Positions 18,826-29,007 of a stretch of 64,000 nucleotides of DNA are shown here, piece after piece. Position 1 is the stretch's first letter, and each line of letters starts with the position of its first letter. The notes under the pieces were generated by a model. It made no database searches. It had not been told where the DNA came from and worked only from the letters and a program-made list of their open reading frames with translations. Source of the DNA: Gemmatimonadota bacterium (GTDB taxonomy: Bacteria > Gemmatimonadota > Gemmatimonadetes > Gemmatimonadales > GWC2-71-9); assembly GCA_036679605.1 (NCBI GenBank), contig JAZDCZ010000243.1, positions 32,001-96,000 of the forward strand, given 5' to 3'. Position numbers and translations under genes: made by a program.

Positions 18826-19826
18826 GGTCGCACCCCCACCTTACCGGTGCCGAAGACCTGTGGTTGCGTTATGCGGTTGATGAACGGAACGAGTGCGTTC
18901 ATTAGGAGTATCGAATACATCACGCCTTCTGCAAGCCCGCCCCACAGCCGAATGATCACGACGAGCGTTCCTATCCCGATTCCAAATATCCAACATCCCT
19001 TATTGCTGATCGGTGAGGTGACCATGTCCGTTGCCATATAGACCGCGCCGAGCATGAGTCCACCGGAGAAGAGCATGAACGGAATGCCCGGGTAGCGTGC
19101 TGGGTCGATCGAATGCAAACTTCCCGACAACGCAGCAACGGTTATCAATATGCTTACGGGAATACGCCAGTTCATGTGGTCTCTCAGCACTAGGTACGCG
19201 CCGCATGCTACGATCACGATCGCCGACGTCTCACCTAGAGATCCCCCTGTCGATCCGAGCATCAACCGAGTGTAATCGGTACCGAGCTGCTCGAATTTCA
19301 GCTGGCCCAGTGGTGTAGCGCCGGTCATCGCGGTGACGACCTCAGGGCTCATGAATGGGAACGCGAGGTTATCGCCGCGTAGGCTCCACCAACGCACGGC
19401 GTTCGCCGGCCATGTAGTCATCGCGACAGGGAACGCCGCCTGTAGAAACGCCCTGCCGAGGAGTGCCGGATTGAAGATGTTCTGTCCGAGTCCGCCGAAC
19501 ACCACCTTTCCGAGCCCGATCCCAAAGGCTCCTCCGACGATCGCCATCCATAGCGGAAGTCCTGCGGGCAAGGTGAGTCCGAGAAGGATACCAGTGATCG
19601 CAGCTGAGCCGTCTCTGATCGCACCTTCCTTCCCGAAGATCAGTTCGGTCAGAACTGCACCGAAGGTGCTTGCGATAATCACGAGCGCGGCACTCGGGCC
19701 GAAGTAGTAGAGCGATACAGCTACGACGGGAACGAGACTGCAAACCACCGACCACATGATTGTGGGTGTCGTGTCCCGCGCCCTCAAGTGAGGTGACGCC
19801 GTTATCAGCAGTCCCGAACCCGTCAA
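18822..19826 (-). CDS. rnfD: Rnf complex subunit D
   Basis: ASPH, FGGLGQNIFNPAL.GR, TGATPL (FMN), GSLGETS, MATD.VTSP; TTG start in a TTGA overlap with the rnfC stop. Confidence 0.92.
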   Translation of the reverse strand: MTGSGLLITASPHLRARDTTPTIMWSVVCSLVPVVAVSLYYFGPSAALVIIASTFGAVLTELIFGKEGAIRDGSAAITGILLGLTLPAGLPLWMAIVGGAFGIGLGKVVFGGLGQNIFNPALLGRAFLQAAFPVAMTTWPANAVRWWSLRGDNLAFPFMSPEVVTAMTGATPLGQLKFEQLGTDYTRLMLGSTGGSLGETSAIVIVACGAYLVLRDHMNWRIPVSILITVAALSGSLHSIDPARYPGIPFMLFSGGLMLGAVYMATDMVTSPISNKGCWIFGIGIGTLVVIIRLWGGLAEGVMYSILLMNALVPFINRITQPQVFGTGKVGVRP

Positions 19827-21133
19827 GCTGCCTGGCGCCTTCTCAACGCAGCCTTTGCAAGTTGAAAAAGTTGACTGAGCGGGATGTTCGATGGACAGGC
19901 GTAGGAACAGCAGCCGCACAACATACAATCCATCAGATGACTCTCGGCCATCTCATCGTAACGCTCGGCCAGTGCCAAGCTTCCCAGCAGTTGGGGGTTG
20001 AGAAATACGGGACAAGAATCCAGACAGTGACCGCATCGAATACAGGGGTACGACTTCTGCGGTTTGCACTCGGACTCGGTGAGTACTACCACTCCGGTCG
20101 TGCCCTTGAGTAACGGTGTATTGAGGTTGGCCTGCGATGCGCCCATCATGGGACCGCCGAACACGATCTCAAACGCGTCATCGGTGAGACCGCCGCACGC
20201 GTCCAGCAGGTCGCCCAGCTTAGTACCGACGGGGACTATCAGGTTTGCAGGGTGGCGAACTCCTTTTCCCGTAACCGTGACTATCCGCTCGATGAGGGGG
20301 AGGCCCGTCTCGAAGACCTCTGCGATGGTCGCCACCGACGCAACGTTCTGAACTACGACGCCCGTGTCTATCGGCAACTTTCCGGACGGAACCTCATGAC
20401 CCACGAGCGCATTGATCAACATCTTCTCTGCGCCCTGAGGATACTTGACGGTGAGTGGGTGAACGGTGACGTCGATGTCACCGGGCAATGTGGACTGAAC
20501 CGCCTCGATTGCATCGGGTTTGTTTTTCTCTATGCCGATGATGGCGTGACTGACACCGAGACATCGCATCATGATTCGGATTCCCAGCTGGACCCTTTCC
20601 GGATACTCGACCATTGAGCGATGGTCCGTAGTCAAGTACGGTTCGCACTCGCATCCGTTTACGATCAGTACGTCGATCGCAGCATCTTCCGGAGGTGACA
20701 GCTTGACGTGCGTCGGGAACGCGGCGCCGCCGAGCCCGACTACCCCGGCGTTCTGAACTGCCTGCACGATTTGCTTAGGTGACAAATCCTTCCAGTCGGG
20801 GATCAGACGCGACCGAGGTACCTGGGCAGAGTACCTTTCCACCTGGATCCGGATGGCGGGACCAAACGATCCGTCCGGATGCGGCCACAGGCATACATCG
20901 GTTACGGTGCCGCTGGCCGAGGCGTGTACCGGCGCGGAGATGAAACCGTCGGCATCGGCTATCTTGTCACCGCGCTCAACCCGATCTCCCGCCTTTACGA
21001 TCACCTTCGCGGGCTTTCCCGCGTGTTGACGCAGAGGCAGTATCACCTCATCCGGGAAGGGCAACCGCCGGATCGCTACCGAGGCCGTGAGTGCCTTGAG
21101 GTCCGGTGGGTGAATGCCGTGGCGGAAAGTCAG
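19823..21133 (-). CDS. rnfC: Rnf complex subunit C (probable CTG start)
   Basis: QHAG.PA, HASASG, GLGGAAFPT.VK, NGCECEPYLT.D, KYPQG.EK, GGPMMG and two CxxCxxCxxxCP motifs. The conserved TF..G.HPP N-terminus lies upstream of the track start (21064). Confidence 0.9.
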   Translation of the reverse strand: MTFRHGIHPPDLKALTASVAIRRLPFPDEVILPLRQHAGKPAKVIVKAGDRVERGDKIADADGFISAPVHASASGTVTDVCLWPHPDGSFGPAIRIQVERYSAQVPRSRLIPDWKDLSPKQIVQAVQNAGVVGLGGAAFPTHVKLSPPEDAAIDVLIVNGCECEPYLTTDHRSMVEYPERVQLGIRIMMRCLGVSHAIIGIEKNKPDAIEAVQSTLPGDIDVTVHPLTVKYPQGAEKMLINALVGHEVPSGKLPIDTGVVVQNVASVATIAEVFETGLPLIERIVTVTGKGVRHPANLIVPVGTKLGDLLDACGGLTDDAFEIVFGGPMMGASQANLNTPLLKGTTGVVVLTESECKPQKSYPCIRCGHCLDSCPVFLNPQLLGSLALAERYDEMAESHLMDCMLCGCCSYACPSNIPLSQLFQLAKAALRRRQAA

Positions 21134-24100
21134 TTGAATGGCTCGGCCCGCTTAATCCACTTGTCGAGGTCCCGCTCATTCGGATTGAGCGGTGTTCCCG
21201 GATGTATGATCAACACCGGACACTTTTCGGCCGCCATGACAAGCTGCCTGAACGTGCCCGCATTAGGATCTTTGATATAGGCCTGCTTCTTGTCATCATA
21301 TGCGAATAACTTGCCGTTCAGTCTAGTGCACTCGTCACACGTAGTGCACAGAATCGAGTCGACATACGGTCCCATGACCAGTTCATCGTCTTCCTCCTCG
21401 TCATCTTCCTGCGCTATCGCAGACGTAGGCTCCGCTACCTCTACTGGAGTCGGTGCGGCACTGGCGGAGGGTGTAGTAGCCGTCGCGGTCGCCGGCAACC
21501 CACCGGTCGAAAGATCTGGGCCGATTGGCTCGAGACCCGGCATCGCCTGAACCTTGGCGAGCAGGTCAGCAAGCGTTTGTTTGCCGTTGCCGGCCCGCAT
21601 CAATCCTTGGGCCATTCGCCGAGCGATGGTTCGTGGATAGCTTGTCTTCAACTCGGCAAGTCTACTTTCATACTCGGCTCTGATCTCCTCTTCTCTGCGC
21701 GCAAATTCACCCTGCAATTCCGATTGGATCTCTTGTCGTACCACCGGTGCGACCTCGAGTCCAGCCATCTGGCGCAACTGCGACCAGATGTGTAACCGAT
21801 CCTCCGCGAGCCGCACGATTTCTTCTGCTACACTCAGTTGTTTGAGAGTACGATCCTCTTGGAGCACATATATGAACGGTGTACTCTCGTCCCGTTCGGC
21901 AGCGGGAAGATCCATGTAGTTGTGGAACGGCACGAGGTTATCGACTTCGGTTGGGTCCTTGATCTTGCTAAAATGCTTTTGGAATCGCGTCTCTGTGGCG
22001 GCCCAGTCGGCAATGGTTATCGGCAGTGTCATTTTCTGATCCTCACCGTTCTCATCGACGTAGGTCATCTCGTAGGACGGCCACCGATCGTCCATCATTG
22101 GGTTACCGTCCAGACATAGCTGGTCGGCGATCGCCGGTCCGGCGCTTGGATCGTAGGTGAGCAGCGGGAACGCTCGACTCTCGAGCGCCAGCCGTGAAGC
22201 GCGTGTCGCTGCATCGTCAGCCAGACCGTGCTCCGGCGGGCAAGGGCAGTGAAGAGCGAATACTGCCGGAGATCTGACCTGCAGGCCCTTGAGCACGCCC
22301 TCAATGAGATGCGACGCGGCCGCCTGCGACGATTGAACCACGAAGACATTCCCGTGCGCCATCGCGATCAAGGCCAACTCCTTCCGTGTCTCTTCCTTGC
22401 CGTGTTGGTCTGTGCCATACGCGGCCATGTCAGAGACTTGTCCCAAGAACCCGCTAGTGCACGCCTGGCCTCCGGTGTTCGAGTAGACCTGCGTGTCGAG
22501 TACGATCACGCGGATTGGTTTACCGGACGCCAAGAGACGAGACAGATTCTGAAAACCGATGTCCAGCATGGCACCATCGCCTCCCACGGCGAAAATGGGG
22601 GGGCACATGGAGAACTCTTCATCAGTGAACTGCCGCCAGTCGAACCTGCCGAGAAAAGGATCGTGGGTTTCAGGATCATACTCACCGCTCAGTTCCAGCT
22701 CTGCACGACGAACCGCCACGAATCCGTCGGCCATTTTTCGCATGTGTCCTTCGAAGATCCCGATGGCGATGGACGGGGCATCCTGGAACAGGTGGTTTAC
22801 CCACGGGACGGGATAGGGATTGTATGGATACGTGCTACCCCAAACGGATGAGCAGCCAGTCGCGTTTGCGATGCCACACGTCGCGCGACCCTTGCCGCTC
22901 GGGCCTTCGGCATATCTCCAGTGGAGATCCTTGAGATCGCGGATTATGTCGGTGATCCGCTCCACCGATCTGTGCTTCGTCTCCGTGAGCGGGATGTCGA
23001 TGTCACCGTTCGAAGAGATCTGCCCTACGGTTTCGAGATCTGCATCTGAGGCCAGGAGTTGCCGAGCTTTGGCGTCGAGCGCATCGATCAGTTCATCAAG
23101 TCGCGCCAGATAATTCTTGACCCTTGGCAGCATTAGCGCGTTCACCGCTGACAGTACCAGATGGATGACGGTTTTCTCGCCGCAACCCATACAAGCTCCG
23201 TCACCGCCCAGCATTGACCGATAGTTTTGCTTCTTTAGGAGTAACGAAGGCAGAACACCGATCCCCTCTTCGATGCTGGCGACCTTGATGTACCGGTCGT
23301 CGGTATCCGGCAGGTGTTCCCACACCTTCCAGTTGTGACGCAGCCGCTCGACTACCTCCTCGTCCTGCTTCACAGTGATCAACGCATCGTCAGGGCATAC
23401 GTCGACGCAGATGTTGCAGCCCTTGCACGTCTCAGGGTTTACGGTGATCGACAGGAGTCCGCCCGTGCCTTTTTCTTTGCTCTCCGGGACATCAAAGAAT
23501 GGTGCCGTCTTTGCGAGCGGAAAGTCAGAGATTGCGGAGAAGACGGCTGCGAAGTCGCTGTCCAAGGCCGTGCGCCGTTCGGGATTCAGCTTGAGTTTGT
23601 CTACAACCGTTTTGTACGCTGTTGAAAGAACGTCGGCGAACGTAGTGAAAGGGACTCCTTTCATGATGCGTCGCGACTCGCGCCCAAGGTGAGGTATGAT
23701 CTGGCGGACTCTGTCGAACGACACCCCATTTGAGATCGTGTTGATCGCCGTCGCTATCACTTCCTCTACTGTGTTTACAACACCGGGGATTGCCGTATCG
23801 GGACATTGGGTCCAGCACTGGCTGCATCCGGTGCAGTTCGCCGGAATGAACTTGGGCACTTCGAACCGCACATCGGTCATGTCGCGGATGGTGCTGGTTG
23901 CGGCCGGGATCGCGCTGATGGCTGCAAACGGATCGGCGATTCCGTCGGTGCCCGTTCGATAGAGATGGCATACCTGCTCCCAAAACCTTCCGGGATCTCC
24001 GATCCCGTCCTGAACGTCTGAGCCATCGAGAATCGCAGGCATTATGGGAGGTGAGCTAGGCTCGTCGCCCTCGGCTGTGAAGTCGGCGTAATCGAGCGCG

Positions 24101-26187
24101 CGCACTTCATCATATCCCCGCCTGATCACACGTACGTTATCCTCAACGATTCTCTCGCCCAGATGCCCAAACTTCTTTGATAGTTGTGTTCGGATTCCCG
24201 AGAATAGCGCGGCTTCGTCCAAGCCCTCTCGCTCGATCAACGGAGAGATCTTGAAGAACGCTCCCATGAATGCTGCTCCCTGCATCCTGTAGCGCAGGGC
24301 CGCGTCAGATGCCTCGTCGGCCGCAATCGTGAAGGCATCCAGCACGAAAACTTTGATCTGTCTGGACTCTATCGATTGCTGAACGCGACCTGAAAGCCCA
24401 TTCCAAAAATCCTCTTGTTCAACGTCGTTTTGGATTACGAAGATGCCGTTATCGGTCAGTCCCGCGAGCGGGTCAGAGTGTCGGAAAACATTTGGATCGG
24501 GGGAGAGAACGGCATTCACGTTGTGCAACTCACAGTTCAACCTGAGCGGTTCTTGTGCGAGCGTTGCATAAAAGGTCGTGGGCTGTCCCTTTTTCTCCGA
24601 CCCGTACTTTGGGTTCGCCTGGATGTTGAGGCCCAATAGTTCAGAGGCAGTCATCGCCAAGTTCTTTCCCATCGTAATCGCACCCCATCCGCCGACGGAG
24701 TGAATACGAATCGAGGTCGAGTCGGGTGGGAGCAAGTTCACGGCTTTGCCGGCAGGTAAGGCCAGTCCGGCAATGTCGGGATAGCTGTCGAGCAACTGTT
24801 CCTGCCAGATCCGTAACTTGGGGAGTTCTGTTCCTTGCCGCACGAACTCGATTCCGAGGTAGAACTGTTTTCGCTTTCGTCCACCGTCCATCATGTTCTC
24901 GACGGCCGCGACTAGCTGGTTGGGTTGGAGGTCACGGCTCCCTAGGCCAAAGCAGCCAGAGTAGAAGACAGGCATTTCGGATGGTGCGCACGCGCCAACT
25001 GATGGATAGGCTTTTCCGTTTGTCGAGAGCGAGTTCTCCAACGCCTTCATCATCACGGCCCGAATCTCACGAAGCATTGGAGCATCTGCTGCGAGCGGCT
25101 GGTCGACCCGCTCGAGAACTGTTACTCCCTGCTTACCTCGGAGCATTCGTGTGACGAGATCTTCAGGAAACGGCCGAAACATTGTGATGTTCAATACGCC
25201 GACCTTGATCTTGCGTTCATCTCGCAGATAGTCGCAAACGACCTCTGCGTTGGGTACCACCGAACCTTGTCCAACAATCACGAACTCAGCATCGTCGAGG
25301 CGATAGCCAATGGCGCGGGCATAGTGTCTGCCCGTCAGAGCTTCGTATTCCGCCATGGCTCGGTCGACGATATCCGTCAGGTGATCGAAGTAGAACGGAC
25401 GTTGGGCGGCAACACCCTGCAGATAACTGTCCTGATTCTGTACCACGCCGAGCATGGCTGGGTAGTCGAGATCAAACATTTCCGGAATGCGTCGTCGCCG
25501 CTCGCCGAACACCATTCGTTGTGCTGGAGTGGGTGAGTCGATTATGTCAGCGGGATCACCGAGGAACTCCTTGACGAGTGCGCGCTCCGGCAGTCTGGTC
25601 GATTGGATCACATGACTCGTGAGAAAGCCGTCCTGAGCGCAGATGCCAGGGTTGAGGGAAAGCTCTGCGATGCGGTGCGAGATCAGATTGAGATCTGCGG
25701 CCTCTTGCGGGTCCTTGGCGAAGAGTTGGAAGAAACCAGTATCGTCAACTGCGTGGTAATCGTCATGCCCGGCGTGAACATTCAGAGAATGCTTCGTCAT
25801 GGCGCGGCAGGCCACGTTCAAGATATAGGTCAACCGCTTCCCGACTGCAGGATAGAGCGACTCGTGCATGTAGGCGATTCCCTGGCCGCTCGAGAAGTTG
25901 GTGGCCCTTAGTCCCACCATGCTCATTCCTGCGGTAACAGCCGCTGCGGCATGTTCGCCTTCAGGTTCGAAGAAGATCAGTTTCCGCCCGTGAACGTTCG
26001 TCTTTCCTGCGGCGACTGCCGCCGCCCAGCCTTCGCCCATCTGAGTGGAAGGTGTAATCGGATAAGCTCCGGCGGCTTCGCTGGCAGCGGTCTCCATCTC
26101 CACGATAGCGGTGCTTCCGTCGACCGCAGTGGGAATGCCGGGGTACTTAGGCATTTCCTTGGTGGCTTCACGCTTTCCACGTTTCAT
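21130..26187 (-). CDS. Large single-chain pyruvate/2-oxoacid:ferredoxin oxidoreductase (NifJ/PFOR-like) with extra C-terminal ferredoxin
   Basis: YPITPS, EGEHAA, GGWGAITMGK...YGSEKKG, two CxxCxxCxxxCP, GACMGCGEK, NATGCSSVWG, GGDG..DIG...DTQVYSNTGGQ, terminal CTTCDEC...CP. Confidence 0.9.
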   Translation of the reverse strand: MKRGKREATKEMPKYPGIPTAVDGSTAIVEMETAASEAAGAYPITPSTQMGEGWAAAVAAGKTNVHGRKLIFFEPEGEHAAAAVTAGMSMVGLRATNFSSGQGIAYMHESLYPAVGKRLTYILNVACRAMTKHSLNVHAGHDDYHAVDDTGFFQLFAKDPQEAADLNLISHRIAELSLNPGICAQDGFLTSHVIQSTRLPERALVKEFLGDPADIIDSPTPAQRMVFGERRRRIPEMFDLDYPAMLGVVQNQDSYLQGVAAQRPFYFDHLTDIVDRAMAEYEALTGRHYARAIGYRLDDAEFVIVGQGSVVPNAEVVCDYLRDERKIKVGVLNITMFRPFPEDLVTRMLRGKQGVTVLERVDQPLAADAPMLREIRAVMMKALENSLSTNGKAYPSVGACAPSEMPVFYSGCFGLGSRDLQPNQLVAAVENMMDGGRKRKQFYLGIEFVRQGTELPKLRIWQEQLLDSYPDIAGLALPAGKAVNLLPPDSTSIRIHSVGGWGAITMGKNLAMTASELLGLNIQANPKYGSEKKGQPTTFYATLAQEPLRLNCELHNVNAVLSPDPNVFRHSDPLAGLTDNGIFVIQNDVEQEDFWNGLSGRVQQSIESRQIKVFVLDAFTIAADEASDAALRYRMQGAAFMGAFFKISPLIEREGLDEAALFSGIRTQLSKKFGHLGERIVEDNVRVIRRGYDEVRALDYADFTAEGDEPSSPPIMPAILDGSDVQDGIGDPGRFWEQVCHLYRTGTDGIADPFAAISAIPAATSTIRDMTDVRFEVPKFIPANCTGCSQCWTQCPDTAIPGVVNTVEEVIATAINTISNGVSFDRVRQIIPHLGRESRRIMKGVPFTTFADVLSTAYKTVVDKLKLNPERRTALDSDFAAVFSAISDFPLAKTAPFFDVPESKEKGTGGLLSITVNPETCKGCNICVDVCPDDALITVKQDEEVVERLRHNWKVWEHLPDTDDRYIKVASIEEGIGVLPSLLLKKQNYRSMLGGDGACMGCGEKTVIHLVLSAVNALMLPRVKNYLARLDELIDALDAKARQLLASDADLETVGQISSNGDIDIPLTETKHRSVERITDIIRDLKDLHWRYAEGPSGKGRATCGIANATGCSSVWGSTYPYNPYPVPWVNHLFQDAPSIAIGIFEGHMRKMADGFVAVRRAELELSGEYDPETHDPFLGRFDWRQFTDEEFSMCPPIFAVGGDGAMLDIGFQNLSRLLASGKPIRVIVLDTQVYSNTGGQACTSGFLGQVSDMAAYGTDQHGKEETRKELALIAMAHGNVFVVQSSQAAASHLIEGVLKGLQVRSPAVFALHCPCPPEHGLADDAATRASRLALESRAFPLLTYDPSAGPAIADQLCLDGNPMMDDRWPSYEMTYVDENGEDQKMTLPITIADWAATETRFQKHFSKIKDPTEVDNLVPFHNYMDLPAAERDESTPFIYVLQEDRTLKQLSVAEEIVRLAEDRLHIWSQLRQMAGLEVAPVVRQEIQSELQGEFARREEEIRAEYESRLAELKTSYPRTIARRMAQGLMRAGNGKQTLADLLAKVQAMPGLEPIGPDLSTGGLPATATATTPSASAAPTPVEVAEPTSAIAQEDDEEEDDELVMGPYVDSILCTTCDECTRLNGKLFAYDDKKQAYIKDPNAGTFRQLVMAAEKCPVLIIHPGTPLNPNERDLDKWIKRAEPFN

Positions 26188-27035
26188 GCGACTCGACTCC
26201 CAAGGGGTTCATGGGGAACAGTGAACTGGGCTCCCTCGACCCACACGATGGCACCTGTCGGGCACCGCTCGATGGCATCGCGACCGGTTAAGTCGTTCTT
26301 GTCATAATCGACTACGGCCAGACCGTTTATCATCTCGATGGCTCCCGGCGCGGCGTCGAGCGCGCACTTTCCGCACGCGTTGCACGCAACCTGGCACACC
26401 GACTCGGCATCGTCGCCCTCCAGAAGACTCTTGCATTGGACGATGAGTCTTTGATCCATCGGCATTATGGTGAATAGGTCGCGTGGACACGCTTCGACGC
26501 AGTCCTCACAGGCGGTGCAGAGATCGGGCACTACTACTGGAAGTTTGGACTCGTTCATGAAAATTGCGTCCAGGTCACACGCCTCCATGCAGTCATCGAG
26601 TCCGAGGCATCCCCAGGAACACCCCTTGCCTCCACCCGCAACCGTTGCCGCAGCCTTGCACGTCTGAAGGCCGCGATACTCCGCCTGTTGCATCGCCACG
26701 TCGCATCCGCCCGCACACAGCAGGCGAGCCACTCGTTTGTCAGCCTCGCCCGCTTCGATCCCCAGATAATCGGCGACATCGCTAATGTCATCGACGCCCA
26801 TGACCGTGCAACTTGCAGGTTGAATGTCTCCGACGACGATCCCCTCGGCAAAGGCCTGGCATCCAGGCTGCCCGCATGCACCGCAGTTTGTCCCAGGTAG
26901 GAGATCGGCCACGACTGCGATGCGGGGATCTTCCCACACTTTGAATCGTTGGTGGGCGAGAGCGATCAAGGTCGCGAAGGCGAGACCGACGCCACCGAGA
27001 ATCACGACCGACAGGAGAATGCTAGTGGCATCCAT
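26184..27035 (-). CDS. rnfB: Rnf complex subunit B
   Basis: N-terminal TM, LPG.NCGACG.PGC, GCLGL.DC..AC and additional ferredoxin motifs. Confidence 0.92.
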   Translation of the reverse strand: MDATSILLSVVILGGVGLAFATLIALAHQRFKVWEDPRIAVVADLLPGTNCGACGQPGCQAFAEGIVVGDIQPASCTVMGVDDISDVADYLGIEAGEADKRVARLLCAGGCDVAMQQAEYRGLQTCKAAATVAGGGKGCSWGCLGLDDCMEACDLDAIFMNESKLPVVVPDLCTACEDCVEACPRDLFTIMPMDQRLIVQCKSLLEGDDAESVCQVACNACGKCALDAAPGAIEMINGLAVVDYDKNDLTGRDAIERCPTGAIVWVEGAQFTVPHEPLGSRVA

Positions 27036-27050
27036 CAATCGGCCGTCACT

Positions 27051-28061
27051 CTAGTGATCTGGGAGGTTGGCCTGACTCAACAGCCATGCGGCCAACTTAT
27101 CCGCAGGATCTGCCGAGGCCGGCTCTGATGCAGTAGCAGTACCGCTTGCTTCGGCCGCACGCGGTCGCGGTTGCGATGTCATGGAGACGAGCTGTCGCAG
27201 GTCCTCGACTTGCTGGAAAACGCTGATGCCGCCGAGAGCGTGGCGTGGCTTGTCATCGGGGACGCTTGAAACGTTCAAACGATCGCAGAGGTGGTCGCCG
27301 CCCCGGGGATCGTGAACGAAATGTGCGGCCGACTCGGAAACCAACGCAACGACAGCGGGTCCTTCCCATGCCGCGATCCCAGCCAGGTCATCCACGTTTG
27401 CAGTCTGAATGACCAGCACGCCGGGTGAGACGAGTCGCACCAGGGGCGCGGCCGGAGCCTCACCTCTCACGGCAAGCACGATTTTCTGACATCCATCCAG
27501 AAACTCAGCAAGGCCGGCCACGGTCAAGTCTGTTCCGTCCACGTCTACGACCAGCGGAGGAGCAACGTCTCTCTCCGCCTTTCTCCATCTAGAGAAAGGC
27601 AGTGACTCCAGTAAAGTCGCATGGTCGGAGTGCTGGTACTTCCCAGTCTTCGATAGGTTTACGACTCGTGCGGCACCGAACGCTCGACCCAACTCGTCGA
27701 GTCGGCGCGCCACCGTATCGCGCAGATGCCCGCCAGTCTCAACGCGTACCACAAAGAAATCGGATTTCCTCGCGCCCATCTTCGAGAGCGTATCGAGAGC
27801 TTGCTCGATTCGCTCGATCGTGATGCTGTCGGTGGGACTATCGGTGTCGAGCAGCGCTGCGAATCGCTCGGCATCGATTCGGTCGGTGCCGAACAAGCCA
27901 AGTTCCGCACGAATGCGCGATACTTGTCCGTTCTCCGAAGGTCGATGAGTTGAGAGGAAGCCGCGGACCTGTTCAGCTGTTACGGCTATGCTCGATCGGA
28001 AGTTCTCTATTCGACCAGAGACAACCTCCAAGGCTTGCTTGACACGTTCGTCAGACGGCAT
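27051..28061 (-). CDS. Hypothetical protein; apparent degenerate paralog of the PFOR TPP-binding domain
   Basis: Collinear similarity by eye to the C-terminal domain of 21130..26187 (see finding); overlaps the korB stop by 11 nt. Confidence 0.7.
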   Translation of the reverse strand: MPSDERVKQALEVVSGRIENFRSSIAVTAEQVRGFLSTHRPSENGQVSRIRAELGLFGTDRIDAERFAALLDTDSPTDSITIERIEQALDTLSKMGARKSDFFVVRVETGGHLRDTVARRLDELGRAFGAARVVNLSKTGKYQHSDHATLLESLPFSRWRKAERDVAPPLVVDVDGTDLTVAGLAEFLDGCQKIVLAVRGEAPAAPLVRLVSPGVLVIQTANVDDLAGIAAWEGPAVVALVSESAAHFVHDPRGGDHLCDRLNVSSVPDDKPRHALGGISVFQQVEDLRQLVSMTSQPRPRAAEASGTATASEPASADPADKLAAWLLSQANLPDH

Positions 28062-29007
28062 ACTTGTCGAACTCGGCGTTTAGTTTTGCTATTTTCTGCT
28101 GCGCGTCGTATGCAGGCAGCCCTCTCGTGTCTTCGTAGCGCGGTAAGCTCTCGTTCCTGTACAACAGACCGAGACGCACCTTCTCACTAGATTCCCCCAT
28201 CGCCCGGGCTTGAGCCAGGTCGCTGGGATCGTGTGCTAGGTGATGCTCGTAGATCGCTTCCAATCCATCCGGAATCGGGATTCCGTCGGCGTGTACCAAT
28301 AATTCGGTCATGTCAGGATTTCGAACGGCTTCAGCGAAAAGGTCAGGTGTGAAAATCGGACAGCGCTGCAGAATTCTCACAAACGCGAAGCCTTTGTGAC
28401 GGTATGCCGCCTGTAGTGTCGCGTAAAGGTGGGCAGGGATCCAGTCGGCCGTCTGAGCGACGAAAGACGCATTGGTGATGCCTAGAACCGTAGAGAGCGG
28501 ATTTAGCGGCGGAAGATAGCTACCGCGTGGCTGAGTGTTTGTCGCGTAACCAAGCGGCGTAGTAGGAGAGGTTTGGTTCTTGGTGAGTCCGTACACCTGG
28601 TTGTCCAATAGGAGCGTTACCATATCCATGTTGTAGCGGGTGGCATGAATCCAATGGCCGGCGCCGATCGAACAGCAATCACCGTCTCCCATCACGACGA
28701 ACACGTCGAGTTCCGGACGGTGGAGTTTGATACCGGTGGCAAGTGGCAACGCGCGCCCGTGCAGTCCGTGGAAGCCGTATGTGCTCAAGTAATGTGGAAA
28801 GCGGCTCGAACAGCCGATCCCGGAAACAAACACCGTACTCTCTGGCGCTAGCTGCTCGGCCTCGAGCAGCCTCTGCACTGCTGTTAGGATTCCGTGGTCT
28901 CCACAGCCTGCACACCAGCGCGGCGCCGGACCGGCGTAGTCCTCCATCTCGAAGAAACGGTCGTCCTCTAGGCCACAACCCAGTAGCGAACATGCGCCGT
29001 CAATCAT
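28051..29007 (-). CDS. korB: 2-oxoacid:ferredoxin oxidoreductase beta subunit
   Basis: WCAGCGD, SGIGCSSR, HGR.LP.ATG, GDGD..SIG..H, DN.VYGLTK.Q.SPT. Confidence 0.92.
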   Translation of the reverse strand: MIDGACSLLGCGLEDDRFFEMEDYAGPAPRWCAGCGDHGILTAVQRLLEAEQLAPESTVFVSGIGCSSRFPHYLSTYGFHGLHGRALPLATGIKLHRPELDVFVVMGDGDCCSIGAGHWIHATRYNMDMVTLLLDNQVYGLTKNQTSPTTPLGYATNTQPRGSYLPPLNPLSTVLGITNASFVAQTADWIPAHLYATLQAAYRHKGFAFVRILQRCPIFTPDLFAEAVRNPDMTELLVHADGIPIPDGLEAIYEHHLAHDPSDLAQARAMGESSEKVRLGLLYRNESLPRYEDTRGLPAYDAQQKIAKLNAEFDKYAV

